64,000 nucleotides of DNA from an uncultured Bacilli bacterium (GCA_910585045.1 CAJUCD010000003.1:42779-106778), one strand, 5' to 3'. Shown: positions 52,620-63,269, numbered from the stretch's first letter. The notes: generated by a model from the letters alone, not told the origin. Program-made: numbers and translations.

Positions 52620-52970
52620 ATGACATTTATTTGGGCTTTTATTGTAGCTGGATTATTTTGTGTAGTAGGTCAGATTATACTGGATAATACAAAATTAACA
52701 CCAGGTCATGTTACGACAATTTTTACAGTTTTAGGAGCAATTTTAGGTTTTTTTGGGATTTATGATAAACTGATAGAACTTGCTGGTGGTGGAGCTTCAA
52801 CTATTATTTCTAATTTTGGTTATTTATTGTATACGGGGGCTTATGAAGGTTATCAAAGTGCTGGCATACTTGGAATATTTACTGGAATGCTAACTAAAGG
52901 AGGAGCTGCTATAGTAGGAGCTATAGTATTTGCAGCTTTCTTAACATTATTTTTTAAACCAAAGGACTAA
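52620..52970 (+). CDS. spoVAEB: stage V sporulation protein AEB
   Basis: 116-aa membrane protein at the third position of the spoVAC-spoVAD-spoVAE arrangement seen in Clostridia. Confidence 0.6.
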   Translation: MTFIWAFIVAGLFCVVGQIILDNTKLTPGHVTTIFTVLGAILGFFGIYDKLIELAGGGASTIISNFGYLLYTGAYEGYQSAGILGIFTGMLTKGGAAIVGAIVFAAFLTLFFKPKD

Positions 52971-53028
52971 AAGTCCTTTTTATTTTGTTTAAATTTTGAT
53001 ATAATCATAATAAGTAAGAAGGGATATC

Positions 53029-53988
53029 ATGGCTAAGAATAAAATAAAAATTAAAAATATGAAATTGGAACAAAATGAACTTTCAGCAACAACTATAGGA
53101 GTATTTGAAAACCGAAAAAAAAGTTCTATAGGAGTTTTTGTTTTGTTAGGAATATTTGTAGCAGTAGTTTTTTATTTGCCAGAAGTTACAGAGTTTATAG
53201 ATGCTTATTTGAATCCAGTGATTGCAACACCGCCAAGTACTTCTAAACCAAATGAACCAGTACTTCCGCCTTCAACTGATGATGAACCAAATTATAATAA
53301 TGAGTTTTATACTTTAAGCGCTGATTTGAAGATTGAACGTGAAGATATTGTTGTAAGTCAGTTTGTGGTAGATAATCTTACAAATAAAATAAATTTTGTT
53401 GTAACTAATGCCCTTAATAAACATCAATCTATGGAAGCTCTTAATTATTATTTGGAACTTTATAGTGAAGAACAAACATTATTGGAACGTGTTAAAATAA
53501 CTGGTGATAAATTGCTCGCTAGTGGTGCTTTTGTAAGTTATACTAAAAATATTTTAGCTAATTCTGCTAGTAGTGTTACTAAAGTTGCTTTAGTAAAAAA
53601 GAATTTAACTGATTATCCTGCTTTTGATTTAAAAAGTGATGATACAGGTATGGGTACTTTGGTATGTTCTAATAATCATGAGAAAGTTACTTATAAATTT
53701 AAAGATAGTTTATTGAAAGAGGTTGTTAGTGAGGTTTCTTATTTGAGTACAGATGCCAATTATATGGATAATTTTTTAGAAAATAAAAATTTGTCTAATT
53801 CTTATAATAATCAAGATGGAATTGTTTCTATTTATATGGATTATGAAAGTGGATATAAAGTTACTACCAATGTTAATTTAAGTGAAGCAGGAAGGCTATA
53901 TATTTATAGTGCAGATACATTTAAATTAGATACAGCACCTAATGTGGTTAATTTTGAAATGGAAGCTCAAGGATTTAGTTGCGAATAA
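53029..53988 (+). CDS. hypothetical membrane-anchored or secreted protein (319 aa)
   Basis: Signal-anchor VFVLLGIFVAVVFYL, Pro-rich linker, C-terminal domain. Confidence 0.45.
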   Translation: MAKNKIKIKNMKLEQNELSATTIGVFENRKKSSIGVFVLLGIFVAVVFYLPEVTEFIDAYLNPVIATPPSTSKPNEPVLPPSTDDEPNYNNEFYTLSADLKIEREDIVVSQFVVDNLTNKINFVVTNALNKHQSMEALNYYLELYSEEQTLLERVKITGDKLLASGAFVSYTKNILANSASSVTKVALVKKNLTDYPAFDLKSDDTGMGTLVCSNNHEKVTYKFKDSLLKEVVSEVSYLSTDANYMDNFLENKNLSNSYNNQDGIVSIYMDYESGYKVTTNVNLSEAGRLYIYSADTFKLDTAPNVVNFEMEAQGFSCE

Positions 53989-54017
53989 AGAAGTACAAGA
54001 AGTGAGGAAGTGATTTC

Positions 54018-54755
54018 ATGGAAGACTATAAATTTTGTATAAATGATTTTGAAGGTCCTTTAGACCTTCTTTTGCATCTTGTTAAAACATCAAAGATGGA
54101 TATTTATGAAATTGATATTAGAATTATTATTGAAGAATATTTGAGTTTTATTGAAAGCGAGAAGAATAAAAATATTGATATTGCTAGCTCTTATTTAGTG
54201 ATGGCTGCAGAATTAATTCATTTAAAAAGTAAGATGCTTATTAATGATAAAGAAGTGGATGAAAGTAATAATGATGAGTTCCATATTGATTCAGAAGAAG
54301 ATTTAAAAAGAAAAATAATTGAATATGAGAAGTATAAGAAAATATCTGAAACTTTAGAAGAATTGGAAAGTAAAAGAAATAATTTTTATACTAAAAGTCC
54401 TATGAAATTAGATGATTTGGCTGAAAAACAAAAAATAAACTTTGGAGAGTTATCTTTGGATGATTTGGTTAAGGCTTTACAAAATTTTAAAGCGAGAGAA
54501 AAATATCTCAAACCTTTAAGTACAAAGGTTACTAAAAGAGAATATAGTATTGAAAAAAGAATTGATGATATTAGAAAAATTTTGCAAGTTAGAGATAAAT
54601 TAGAATTTTTAGAATTATTTAATGAAGAAAATAAAGATTTTTTAATAGTTACATTTTTATCAGTGCTTACTATGAGTAAAACTGGAGAAATAGAGCTTAG
54701 TCAGGAAGAAAATTTTAAACCTATTATGATTGAAAGGAGGAATATTAGTGAATAA
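54018..54755 (+). CDS. scpA: segregation and condensation protein A
   Basis: N-terminus FEGPLDLLLHLVKTSKMDIYEIDI is the kleisin ScpA signature. Confidence 0.85.
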   Translation: MEDYKFCINDFEGPLDLLLHLVKTSKMDIYEIDIRIIIEEYLSFIESEKNKNIDIASSYLVMAAELIHLKSKMLINDKEVDESNNDEFHIDSEEDLKRKIIEYEKYKKISETLEELESKRNNFYTKSPMKLDDLAEKQKINFGELSLDDLVKALQNFKAREKYLKPLSTKVTKREYSIEKRIDDIRKILQVRDKLEFLELFNEENKDFLIVTFLSVLTMSKTGEIELSQEENFKPIMIERRNISE

Positions 54756-55323
54756 ATTAGGAGTATTAGAAGGTATTTTATTTGTAGTAGGAGATGAAGG
54801 AATAACTTTAAATAATTTGTGTGAAATTTTAGAAATAGAAATGGAAGAAGCAAAAGAACTACTATTGGAATTAAAAAATAGTTATGAAAGTGATAATCGA
54901 GGCATTAGGATAAGCTATTTAGGGGATGCTTTTAAACTTACAACTAAAGAAGAACATAAAGAATATTATCAGAAACTTATTGAAAATCCAGAAACTAATA
55001 CTTTGTCGCCGTCTACTTTAGAAGTTTTAGCAATTATTGCTTATAATCAGCCTTTAACTAGAGTAGAAATTGATGAAATGCGTGGTGTAAGTAGTTCACA
55101 TATTATTAGAAAACTAGTGGCAAAAGGGCTTGTTAAAGAAGCAGGAAAGTCAAAAATGCCTGGAAGACCAAATTTATATAGAACAACACATGAGTTTTTA
55201 GATGCTTTTGGATTAGCTAGTTTAAGTGAATTGCCAGAATTGGAAGAAAATACAACTGTTGAAGAAGAAACAGAGTTATTTACTTCTATTTATAAAGAGG
55301 ATAGTAATGAAGTGGGAATTTAG
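54748..55323 (+). CDS. scpB: segregation and condensation protein B
   Basis: LGVLEGILFVVGDEGITLNNLCEIL, and a second winged helix ...LEVLAIIAYNQPLTRVEIDEMRGV. GTG start after AAAGGAGG. Confidence 0.85.
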   Translation: MNKLGVLEGILFVVGDEGITLNNLCEILEIEMEEAKELLLELKNSYESDNRGIRISYLGDAFKLTTKEEHKEYYQKLIENPETNTLSPSTLEVLAIIAYNQPLTRVEIDEMRGVSSSHIIRKLVAKGLVKEAGKSKMPGRPNLYRTTHEFLDAFGLASLSELPELEENTTVEEETELFTSIYKEDSNEVGI

Positions 55324-55924
55324 TAGAGATTTGGTAAAAGGGAATTTTAATGATTATGAAGATATTTCTTTAACTAATGTAATGTTTTTTAAAGAAGAGG
55401 TTGCTAATAAAACAGTGAAGTTTGAAACATTTAGAGAAGTATGTTTTAAAAACTGTAAATTTAGTAAGGTTTCATTTGATAATAATTTTATGGGAAAAGT
55501 GCAATTTCTTAATTGTGAATTTATTGGTGTTAGTTTTGTAGAATCTAATTTAAGTAAAGTAATGTTTAGTAATTGTAAATTTACAGATGTTAGTTTTTTT
55601 GAATCTACGTTAAGCGATATAGAAATAATAGAATCTTTAATGCAATATTCTAAGATTGAGAATTCTACGTTAAAAGATGCTAAGTTAGATGATGTAAGAT
55701 TAAATGAGAATATTCATAGACATAATAAATATCATAATGTTATTTTTTATAAATGCGAACTTGTAGCTGAAAATTTTATTGATACTAAATTTGGTGATTG
55801 TGATTTAAAAACTAGTTCATTTAAAGGAGTAAATATTAATTTGGATGATTTAATAACTTCAAAATTATCTATGTTAAATATTATTGAAATTTTAAGTGAT
55901 AAGGGTATATTAATTGAAGACTAA
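55307..55924 (+). CDS. pentapeptide-repeat protein
   Basis: Repeated A(D/N)LxxA-type pentapeptides: NCKFSKVSFDNNFMGKVQFLNCEFIGVSFVESNLSKVMFSNCKFTDVSF.... Confidence 0.7.
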   Translation: MKWEFSRDLVKGNFNDYEDISLTNVMFFKEEVANKTVKFETFREVCFKNCKFSKVSFDNNFMGKVQFLNCEFIGVSFVESNLSKVMFSNCKFTDVSFFESTLSDIEIIESLMQYSKIENSTLKDAKLDDVRLNENIHRHNKYHNVIFYKCELVAENFIDTKFGDCDLKTSSFKGVNINLDDLITSKLSMLNIIEILSDKGILIED

Positions 55925-55977
55925 TTAAAAAAATATTTTAAGATGTTAAAAAATGTGTTATAATATTTTTGTTAGTT

Positions 55978-56063
55978 GCTTGTGTGGCGGAATGGTAGAC
56001 GCACCAGACTCAAAATCTGGCGAGGTCAAACTCGTGTGGGTTCAAGTCCCACCACAAGCACCA
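55978..56063 (+). tRNA. tRNA-Leu (anticodon CAA), class II with a long variable arm
   Basis: GCTTGTGTGGCGGAATGGTAGACGCACCAGACTCAAAATCTGGCGAGGTCAAACTCGTGTGGGTTCAAGTCCCACCACAAGCACCA. Anticodon loop CTCAAAA, T-loop GGTTCAAGTCC, 3' CCA. Confidence 0.9.
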
Positions 56064-56147
56064 GATTGATATGAAATGGCTTCGAAAAGTTAGAAAAAGA
56101 ATGTATAATAAAAATATATTCTTAAACTTGGAAGGAGTCATTTTTTA

Positions 56148-57235
56148 ATGAAAAAAACGATAGAAGAAAAACTTGAAATGTGTAAAGAACATGTAGTAGA
56201 GGGAAAGTCATTATCACACATATGTGAATTACACAATACAAGAAACATAGATGATTTAAAATATCTAGTTAATTTATATAAAAGATATGGAGAAGAACCA
56301 TTTTTAAACAGAGAAAGAATGATATATAGAAGAGCAACAAAACTATTAACTATAAGCAGAATAAAAAATGGAGACAAGTAAGTTTGGATATCGGATTAAT
56401 AAATTATAAAACGGCATTAGATTGGGTAAAAAAGTATGATACAGAAGGAGAACAATCAATACAAGATACTTATCCTAGAAAAAACTATTTAAATGAAGAT
56501 GAACGATATAAAAAGATGATAGATAAGAAATTAATGGAAGAAAATGAAAGATTAAAAGCAGAGATTGATTTCTTAAAAAAATCGCAGTCCTTAGCAAAAA
56601 AACTAGAATAACTAACAACAAAAGAAAAAGTAAAAGTTGTCAATGAGCTAAGGATAAAGTATGAATTAAAAGTTCTTCTAGAAATGGCAGATATTCCATT
56701 GTCAGTATATTATTATCAGTTAAATGCAATAAAAAATAAAGTCAACTATAGAAGATATAATTCTTATAAAGGTGATTTAGGAGGAGTAAAGGAAAATGTT
56801 TTAAATCAAGATTTCAAGGCAACAAAACCTTATGAAAAAGCAGGAACAGATGCAAAATTAGAAAAAGTATTAAACATGATAAAGAAATTAAAAGAAAATC
56901 ATCAGGAAAATATAAAAGGTATGATAATACAATCAGATCAAGGTGTACAATACCAAAACTCTAGATATTCAGAATTGTTAAATGAATATGAAATAATCCA
57001 ATCAATGAACAGAAAAGGAAATTGTTTAGATAACTCTCCGACAGAAAATTTTTTTGGAAGACTAAAAGAAGAAATATGGTATAATAAAGAATATAAATAT
57101 GAAAACTCTGTGGAATTAATAAAAGAAATTCATAATTATATAAAATATTATAATGAAATACGGATAGTGACTAAATTAAAAACAACTCCAATTGATTTTA
57201 GGAAAAAATGCTTAAGTGAACTGGGAGTTGCATAA
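56148..57235 (+). mobile_element. decayed IS3-family (IS150-like) insertion sequence: OrfA split into two pieces and a truncated OrfB (rve) C-terminal part; non-functional
   Basis: OrfA-like ...YLVNLYKRYGEEPF plus a leucine-zipper piece ...LMEENERLKAEIDFLKK. OrfB piece ...IIQSDQGVQYQNSRYSELL...QSMNRKGNCLDNSPTENFFGRLKEE matches the integrase-core C-terminus. No intact DDE region. Confidence 0.7.
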
Positions 57236-57362
57236 ATTTTTTTCTAACTTTTTGAAGTCGTTTCAAAAATGGATTTTATTTAAAAATGAAACGGAAATTA
57301 TTCAAAAGTTATTTCACCTATGATATAATTAATTCAGATACAATGAAGGGGGAATTTATCAT

Positions 57363-58255
57363 ATGAAAAATAATTTAATCAAAACAGAAATAGATGTTAT
57401 TAATAATAAAATAAGTGTAATGAGAATAGACGGCATAGATTATATATCTCTTACAGATTTAGCAAAATATACAAATCCTGAAGATCCATCTGGAGTAATT
57501 AGAAATTGGATGTCTAATAAAAATTCTTTTGAATATTATAGTCTTTGGGAAGAGATTAATAATAGAGATTTTAATTCCGTGGAATCTCACAGAATTAAAA
57601 TTAATGAAGTTGGGTATAATCGATTTACTATGACACCAAATCGTTGGAAAAGAGATTTTAATGCAATCGGTATAATACCAAGCAGTGGTAATATAGTCAA
57701 GGAACTTTTGCCCACCCAGATATAGCATTCGAATTCGCTAGTTGGTTAAGCCCAGAGTTCAAATTGTATTTAATAAAAGAATTCGAAAGATTAAAGAAAA
57801 ATGAGGCTTATCAGGAAAAAATAGAATGGCGTGCTAATAGGTTATTATCTAAAGCAAATTATATAGTTCATACTGATGCTGTTAAAAATTATATTGTTCC
57901 AACATTAACAGAACAGCAAAAGAAGTTTATATATGCAGAAGAAGCTGATGTGTTAAATGTAGCTTTATTTGGAATGACAGCTAAAGAGTGGAGGAAAAAG
58001 AATCCAAAACTTGCTGAAGATGGTAATATAAGAGATTATACAGATTTATTACATTTAATAATATTAAACAATTTAGAGAATTCTAATGCTGAATTTATAA
58101 AATTGGGGATTGTTCAAAGAGAGAGGCTAATAAAATTAAATGAATCTGCTCGAAATCAAATGGAAATCTTAAAAAACAATAACGGAATAAAAGAATTAGA
58201 AATGTTACAAAATCAAATAAATAATAGTGGGTATTTAATCGATAATAAAAATTGA
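57363..58255 (+). pseudogene. KilA-N domain protein (phage antirepressor-type) disrupted by a frameshift near 57700
   Basis: Frame 1 gives the KilA-N N-terminal part (...ISVMRIDGIDYISLTDLAKY...NWMSNKNSFEYYSLWEEINNRDFNS...) and stops at 57725. The conserved continuation GTFAHPDIAFEFASWLSPEFKLYLIKEFERLK is in a different frame from about 57703 and runs into the 57764..58255 ORF. Confidence 0.6.
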
Positions 58256-58689
58256 TTTTACTATAATAAATTGAAATAAAAGTTACTAGTGGAAATGAAA
58301 CGGAAATTATTCGGAAGTTGAAATTTTGATATAGAATTTTGAAAATAAAGAATTAAAGGAAAATCAATAATCAATTATAAACACAAATATTATAACACCT
58401 TATAAAACCTAAAGACTTACGTTAATAATTTAAAAATTAGCAAGAAATTATCCAAACTTAAATCGGAAGTTATTCAAAAATTTCTAAAATGAGAAAATAT
58501 GATATGGCTATTTAGAGTGACTTTTGATATAATGAAAATGCCAATGGGGAGAGTTCAAATAAGAGCCTTATAACACACCAGATTGATAGTAAACTCGAAC
58601 TTTTATGTTTCGAGTTTTAATATGCTTTAAATTATTGTATAATGTATTTGTAGTAATCAAACTAATTTATTTATTGGGAAGTTTAATTA

Positions 58690-58796
58690 ACAAAAAAATA
58701 TTTAAATTAGAAATTAATGAAAATGATAACAAAATAAAAGTAATAAGAATAGGATCTAAGGAATATATATCTGTAACTGATTTAGTACAGTTTTAA
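58690..58796 (+). pseudogene. second short KilA-N N-terminal fragment (KIFKLEINENDNKIKVIRIGSKEYISVTDL)
   Basis: Resembles LIKTEIDVINNKISVMRIDGIDYISLTDL of the upstream KilA-N gene; truncated after about 35 aa. Confidence 0.3.
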
Positions 58797-59352
58797 AACA
58801 TTTACTAATTTTATTTAGAAAACACTAATGTTGAACTTATTAACGATTGAAATACAAAGGTAAAAAATTACGCCAAAAAAACTATATTTTTTTAATATAG
58901 CTTTATAATTAACGTAATCATTTTTTAAAATGGTTAACTATTTTAGAGATTAGTTAAAGTAAATAAAACATGGAATATTATATTTATTCTTTCTCTATAT
59001 ATACTTAAGTTTGTTACTTCTTCAATAAAGTCTTTATATTAATCGTTTTTAATATTCCTATGGTTAGACATATTACGATTATTATTACTATTATTAGTAT
59101 TTTCTTCTTTTGCATCATTACTATTTTCCCTTTATTTTATACTCGATAATAAATTTAATTCAATTTTATCATAATATTAGAGTATTGATAATTTTTTTTA
59201 TTAAAAATAAAAAATTGAAAAAATATTATTTATAAAATAAGATTAAATAAAAGAATATTTTATTGTTATAAATGCTGAATGTTAATAATCATTGCTTGTA
59301 GCAACGAGCTACTTTGCATATAATAGGCAGTAAAGAAAGGAGTTGTTCTAAA

Positions 59353-59862
59353 ATGCTTAAAGAAAACATTAAAACAATAAGGAAATCAAGAGGTCTTTCT
59401 CAAGAGGAGCTTGCTATTAAAGTAAATGTAGTAAGACAAACTATTTCTAAGTGGGAGCAAGGATTATCTGTTCCTGATTCAGAAATGTTAATTAGAATAT
59501 CAGAAGTTCTTGAAATACCAGTAAGTACTTTGCTGGGAGAGAATATTTCTGAATTTAAAAAAGATGATTTAAAAGTAATTTCTGATAAATTAGAGATTAT
59601 AAATTTACAACTTTTACAAAGAAAACTTGCAAGAAGAAAAATAATTCATTTGACATTAATTTTTATATGTATAAGTGTAATAGTGATTGGCTGTTGTTTA
59701 TTTTTGTTACATAGTTCTTATTTAAATTGGAATTATGATGATCCTGAAAAGAGTGTTTTGGGAGTGTTTTTTCATTCGTTTGAATGGCTATTTGTAAGAA
59801 TAGCACCTATAATTGTTATCATATCATTAGTGGGAATAATGTTGACTCGAAATAAAGATTAG
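59353..59862 (+). CDS. membrane-anchored XRE-family HTH regulator (N-terminal HTH_3 plus two C-terminal TM helices)
   Basis: IRKSRGLSQEELAIKVNVVRQTISKWEQG, then LTLIFICISVIVIGCCLFLL and APIIVIISLVGIML. RBS AAAGGAG; ATG at 59353. Confidence 0.6.
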   Translation: MLKENIKTIRKSRGLSQEELAIKVNVVRQTISKWEQGLSVPDSEMLIRISEVLEIPVSTLLGENISEFKKDDLKVISDKLEIINLQLLQRKLARRKIIHLTLIFICISVIVIGCCLFLLHSSYLNWNYDDPEKSVLGVFFHSFEWLFVRIAPIIVIISLVGIMLTRNKD

Positions 59863-59934
59863 TTTTAAAAATGTTATTTATGTTTTATAATTTGTGCTAT
59901 AATATAAAGGAATTTTTTAGGAGATTATTTTAAT

Positions 59935-61137
59935 ATGATTAAGAATTTATCATTAAATGATTGTACTCAAGAAAATATAATAGAGCACCTTAAAAATACT
60001 GAAAAATTATTGAAAACAGTTGCAACTAAGTTATCAAAAGAGGAAAAAGATGCCAAAATATATGTAATGCCTGATTTAGGAATTGCTCAAAATGCAACAA
60101 GAATGTTAGGAGGATTTTATACAGGAGCTTGTTATACGTGGGATACAGATGTTCCGTTTATTCCAGTTGATGCTACAGTAAATGTTTGTGGAACGGCAAT
60201 TTATAAATTAAATAAAAGTATTAGTAATGAAGAATTTATTAATAGACTTAATAATATATTAAATGATAGAAAATCTTATTTAGACTTTGCTAATAAGCAT
60301 TTACCATTAGAAGTTTTAAAAACTATTGATATTAATGATGCTTCAAAATATTATTGGAATTATACTAATGGTAATCATTTTATTATTTTTGCTGAGTCTG
60401 ATGGAGAATATGGACTGGAAAAAGGTCAGTATATGATTGTTCATGCTTCTGCGATAGAATTTAAAAAAGATAATTTGGAATTTGGATTATATCCTGTAAA
60501 AGGAAATTGGTATTATGATGATATAAAAACAGAATATGATGAAGATTCTAAAAGATATTTACGATATATAACAGGTGAAAAAGCTAAAAGATTTTATGAT
60601 ATAGCTACCTATTTAAAAGATTTTAATAAAATTAGAAATAGTTATTTTTGTAAGGCTGTTTTAGGTGATTTATTACAAAAAGAAGTTATTAATATAAGCC
60701 ATTATGGAATGCCAACAAATAATTCTATATGTATTGGCTCTCAGTGGGAACAACTTGATTATGCATTATTGACAGCACCTGGAAATGCTATTTATTTGGT
60801 ACATCCTAAATTAAATTTAAACAATACTTTTGCACTAGATAATATAAATATTACTTTGACTCCTCATGGTTGTGGTGTAAAAATGAATAATAGTGCAGAT
60901 AAAATAGAATATCTCGATAAAAACACATTAAAAGTTGGTAATAATATTTTTAGTTTAGGTAATAGTGTAAATATTGGCATAGATGTTTCAGTAAGAACAA
61001 ATGGTATGAATGAAGAAGAATTAGATACATACATATTAAATATTCTAAAGCAATGTCCTGGAACTGTTTATGGTAAATTAAAGCAACGCTATGCTAAAAC
61101 AAAATCTGGAGATTTTGAATTTATTAAAGAAAATTAA
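59935..61137 (+). CDS. hypothetical protein (400 aa), function unknown
   Basis: ORF with RBS TAGGAG; no motif recognised. Confidence 0.45.
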   Translation: MIKNLSLNDCTQENIIEHLKNTEKLLKTVATKLSKEEKDAKIYVMPDLGIAQNATRMLGGFYTGACYTWDTDVPFIPVDATVNVCGTAIYKLNKSISNEEFINRLNNILNDRKSYLDFANKHLPLEVLKTIDINDASKYYWNYTNGNHFIIFAESDGEYGLEKGQYMIVHASAIEFKKDNLEFGLYPVKGNWYYDDIKTEYDEDSKRYLRYITGEKAKRFYDIATYLKDFNKIRNSYFCKAVLGDLLQKEVINISHYGMPTNNSICIGSQWEQLDYALLTAPGNAIYLVHPKLNLNNTFALDNINITLTPHGCGVKMNNSADKIEYLDKNTLKVGNNIFSLGNSVNIGIDVSVRTNGMNEEELDTYILNILKQCPGTVYGKLKQRYAKTKSGDFEFIKEN

Positions 61138-61231
61138 ATTGTTAGAAACTCGAATTTTATGTTTCGAGTTTTAATATGGATTAATTTATGTTATAATTTT
61201 TTTGATTATATAGTATTGGATGTGATTATTA

Positions 61232-61576
61232 ATGTATTTTAAAATTGCACAATCTTTTTCTGAGACTCCTGGTGGTCGTTATAAAAAAGAAGGACCTTAT
61301 TCAGCTGAAGAATTTAGAGATAATTTTTTAGTACCTTTATATTTAAAGTGCTTAGCGCTATCAGAAAAATTAATGTTAGATTTTGATGGTGGTTATGGTT
61401 ATGCTCCTGGTTTTTTAGAGGAAACTTTTGGGGGAATGATTAGACTTGGTTATTCTGCAACAGAAATGGCTACAGTTATAGAGTTTGTTTCAAATGAAGA
61501 ACCTAATTTAATATCTAATATTGCAAGTTATATTAGTGATGCTGAATGGGTTTTAAATGATAGGAATTTAAATTAA
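61232..61576 (+). CDS. small STAS-like (DUF4325-type) protein
   Basis: ...PGGRYKKEGPYSAEEFRDNFL...KLMLDFDGGYGYAPGFLEETFGGMI resembles the DUF4325 STAS-like pattern (LDFEGV...sSFldE). By recollection only. Confidence 0.4.
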   Translation: MYFKIAQSFSETPGGRYKKEGPYSAEEFRDNFLVPLYLKCLALSEKLMLDFDGGYGYAPGFLEETFGGMIRLGYSATEMATVIEFVSNEEPNLISNIASYISDAEWVLNDRNLN

Positions 61577-61586
61577 GAGGTGTGTT

Positions 61587-63269
61587 ATGGGGTATTCATT
61601 AAAAGTTAGAAACATTGTAAAAGATGTTAAAGTTAAAGGGAAAACTAAAAGGTTATTAGATAATGTATCTTTTGATATTAGTGAGCATGAATTTGTAGCA
61701 TTAGTTGGTGTATCAGGGGCTGGTAAAACAACACTTTTGAATGTTTTAAGTGGTTATGATTCATATTCTAATGGCGAGGTTTATATTAATGATTTAGCAA
61801 TTTCATCTAATATGGACTATTATATGAATAAAATGAGTTATGTACCGCAAAGAGAAGTGTTGCATAATCATTTAACTTTAGAAAGAGCTTTGTATTATAG
61901 TGCTAGTCTTAGAATTGCTAATGCTAGTAGCGAAGAAATAAAGAGAAAAGTAAAAAAAGTAATTAGAGAATTAGACTTGCAAGGAAAAGAAAATACTTTT
62001 ATAAAAAATTTGAGTGGAGGAGAGAGAAAAAGAGCTTCTATAGCTACAGAACTTTTAACTAAGCCAGATATTATGTTTTTAGATGAGCCTACTAGTGGTC
62101 TTGATTCTAATATTGAGAAGAAATTGATGATTACTTTAAGAGAGTTAGCTAATCAAGGTAAAACGGTTGTGATAACAGCACATACTTTAGCTAATTTATA
62201 TTTGTGCGATAAAATAATATTTATGAGTGAAGGGGGAAAAATTTGTTTCATTGGTACTTATGAAGAAAGTTTAAAATATTTTCAAGTTAAAGAGTTTGTT
62301 GATATTTATGAAAAGCTAAAAGATCCTTCTCAAATAGAAAAGTATCAAAAAAAATATAATGAAAAAGAATTGTTAAATATAGAAAAAAGAAGAAAAATTA
62401 ATCATAAGAAGCAAAAAAAAATATCTAGATTAAAAGAAATTTATTTTTTGACAAAAAGATACTCGGAAATAATAATGAATAATAAAGTATTTTGTTTTTT
62501 GCTCTTTTTTCAAGCAATAATTATGGGATTTGCCATTATCATTGTAGCTAAAGATGATTGGTTGAAAGTTTATGATACTGCTAAAATTTTATTGTTTGCA
62601 TTTTCATGTGCAGCAATGTGGCTGGGACTTTTTAATTCTGTTCAAGAAATTGTAAAGGAAAAAGATATTATTAAATTGGAATATTTTAATAATATGCGAT
62701 TGTCTTCTTATGTTGTTTCAAAATTGTTGGTATTTGCATTTTTATCTTTAGTACAAGCTTTGTTGTTTTTAGGTATAATTAGTTTAAAAGTTGGAATGCC
62801 AGTTTCAGGAATAATATTTTCATCAGCTTTTGTAGAATATATTTTTTGTTTCTTTTTAGTCTCTTTTTCTTCTTCAATGCTTGGTATGTTAATATCAGCA
62901 GTAGTTAAAACAACAGAAATCACTCTTATAATTACGCCTATATATATGATGTTTCAATTATTATTTTCAGGAATATTAGTATCTTTACATGGTATCGGCG
63001 ATACTATTTCTCATTTTATAATTGGAAGATATGCGATAGAATCGTTTGGTATTACAACTAACTTGATAGAAGTGCTTAAAAATACTAGTTTGGGTGGAAT
63101 TATTGATCCTATAACAACAACGGGAATGTTTATTGATGAGGCGGAACAATACTACTTGTATACACTTAGTCATATGAATCAAATTATTTTAATATTAGTA
63201 TTTACAATTTGTTTATTTATGGTTCTATCTATTTTGGCAATTAAGTATAATATAAAAAAATCATATTAG
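61587..63269 (+). CDS. ABC transporter with fused ATP-binding domain and ABC-2-type permease
   Basis: Walker A GVSGAGKTTLLNVLSG, signature LSGGERKRASIA, Walker B IMFLDEPTSGLD, followed by six TM helices. Confidence 0.85.
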   Translation: MGYSLKVRNIVKDVKVKGKTKRLLDNVSFDISEHEFVALVGVSGAGKTTLLNVLSGYDSYSNGEVYINDLAISSNMDYYMNKMSYVPQREVLHNHLTLERALYYSASLRIANASSEEIKRKVKKVIRELDLQGKENTFIKNLSGGERKRASIATELLTKPDIMFLDEPTSGLDSNIEKKLMITLRELANQGKTVVITAHTLANLYLCDKIIFMSEGGKICFIGTYEESLKYFQVKEFVDIYEKLKDPSQIEKYQKKYNEKELLNIEKRRKINHKKQKKISRLKEIYFLTKRYSEIIMNNKVFCFLLFFQAIIMGFAIIIVAKDDWLKVYDTAKILLFAFSCAAMWLGLFNSVQEIVKEKDIIKLEYFNNMRLSSYVVSKLLVFAFLSLVQALLFLGIISLKVGMPVSGIIFSSAFVEYIFCFFLVSFSSSMLGMLISAVVKTTEITLIITPIYMMFQLLFSGILVSLHGIGDTISHFIIGRYAIESFGITTNLIEVLKNTSLGGIIDPITTTGMFIDEAEQYYLYTLSHMNQIILILVFTICLFMVLSILAIKYNIKKSY

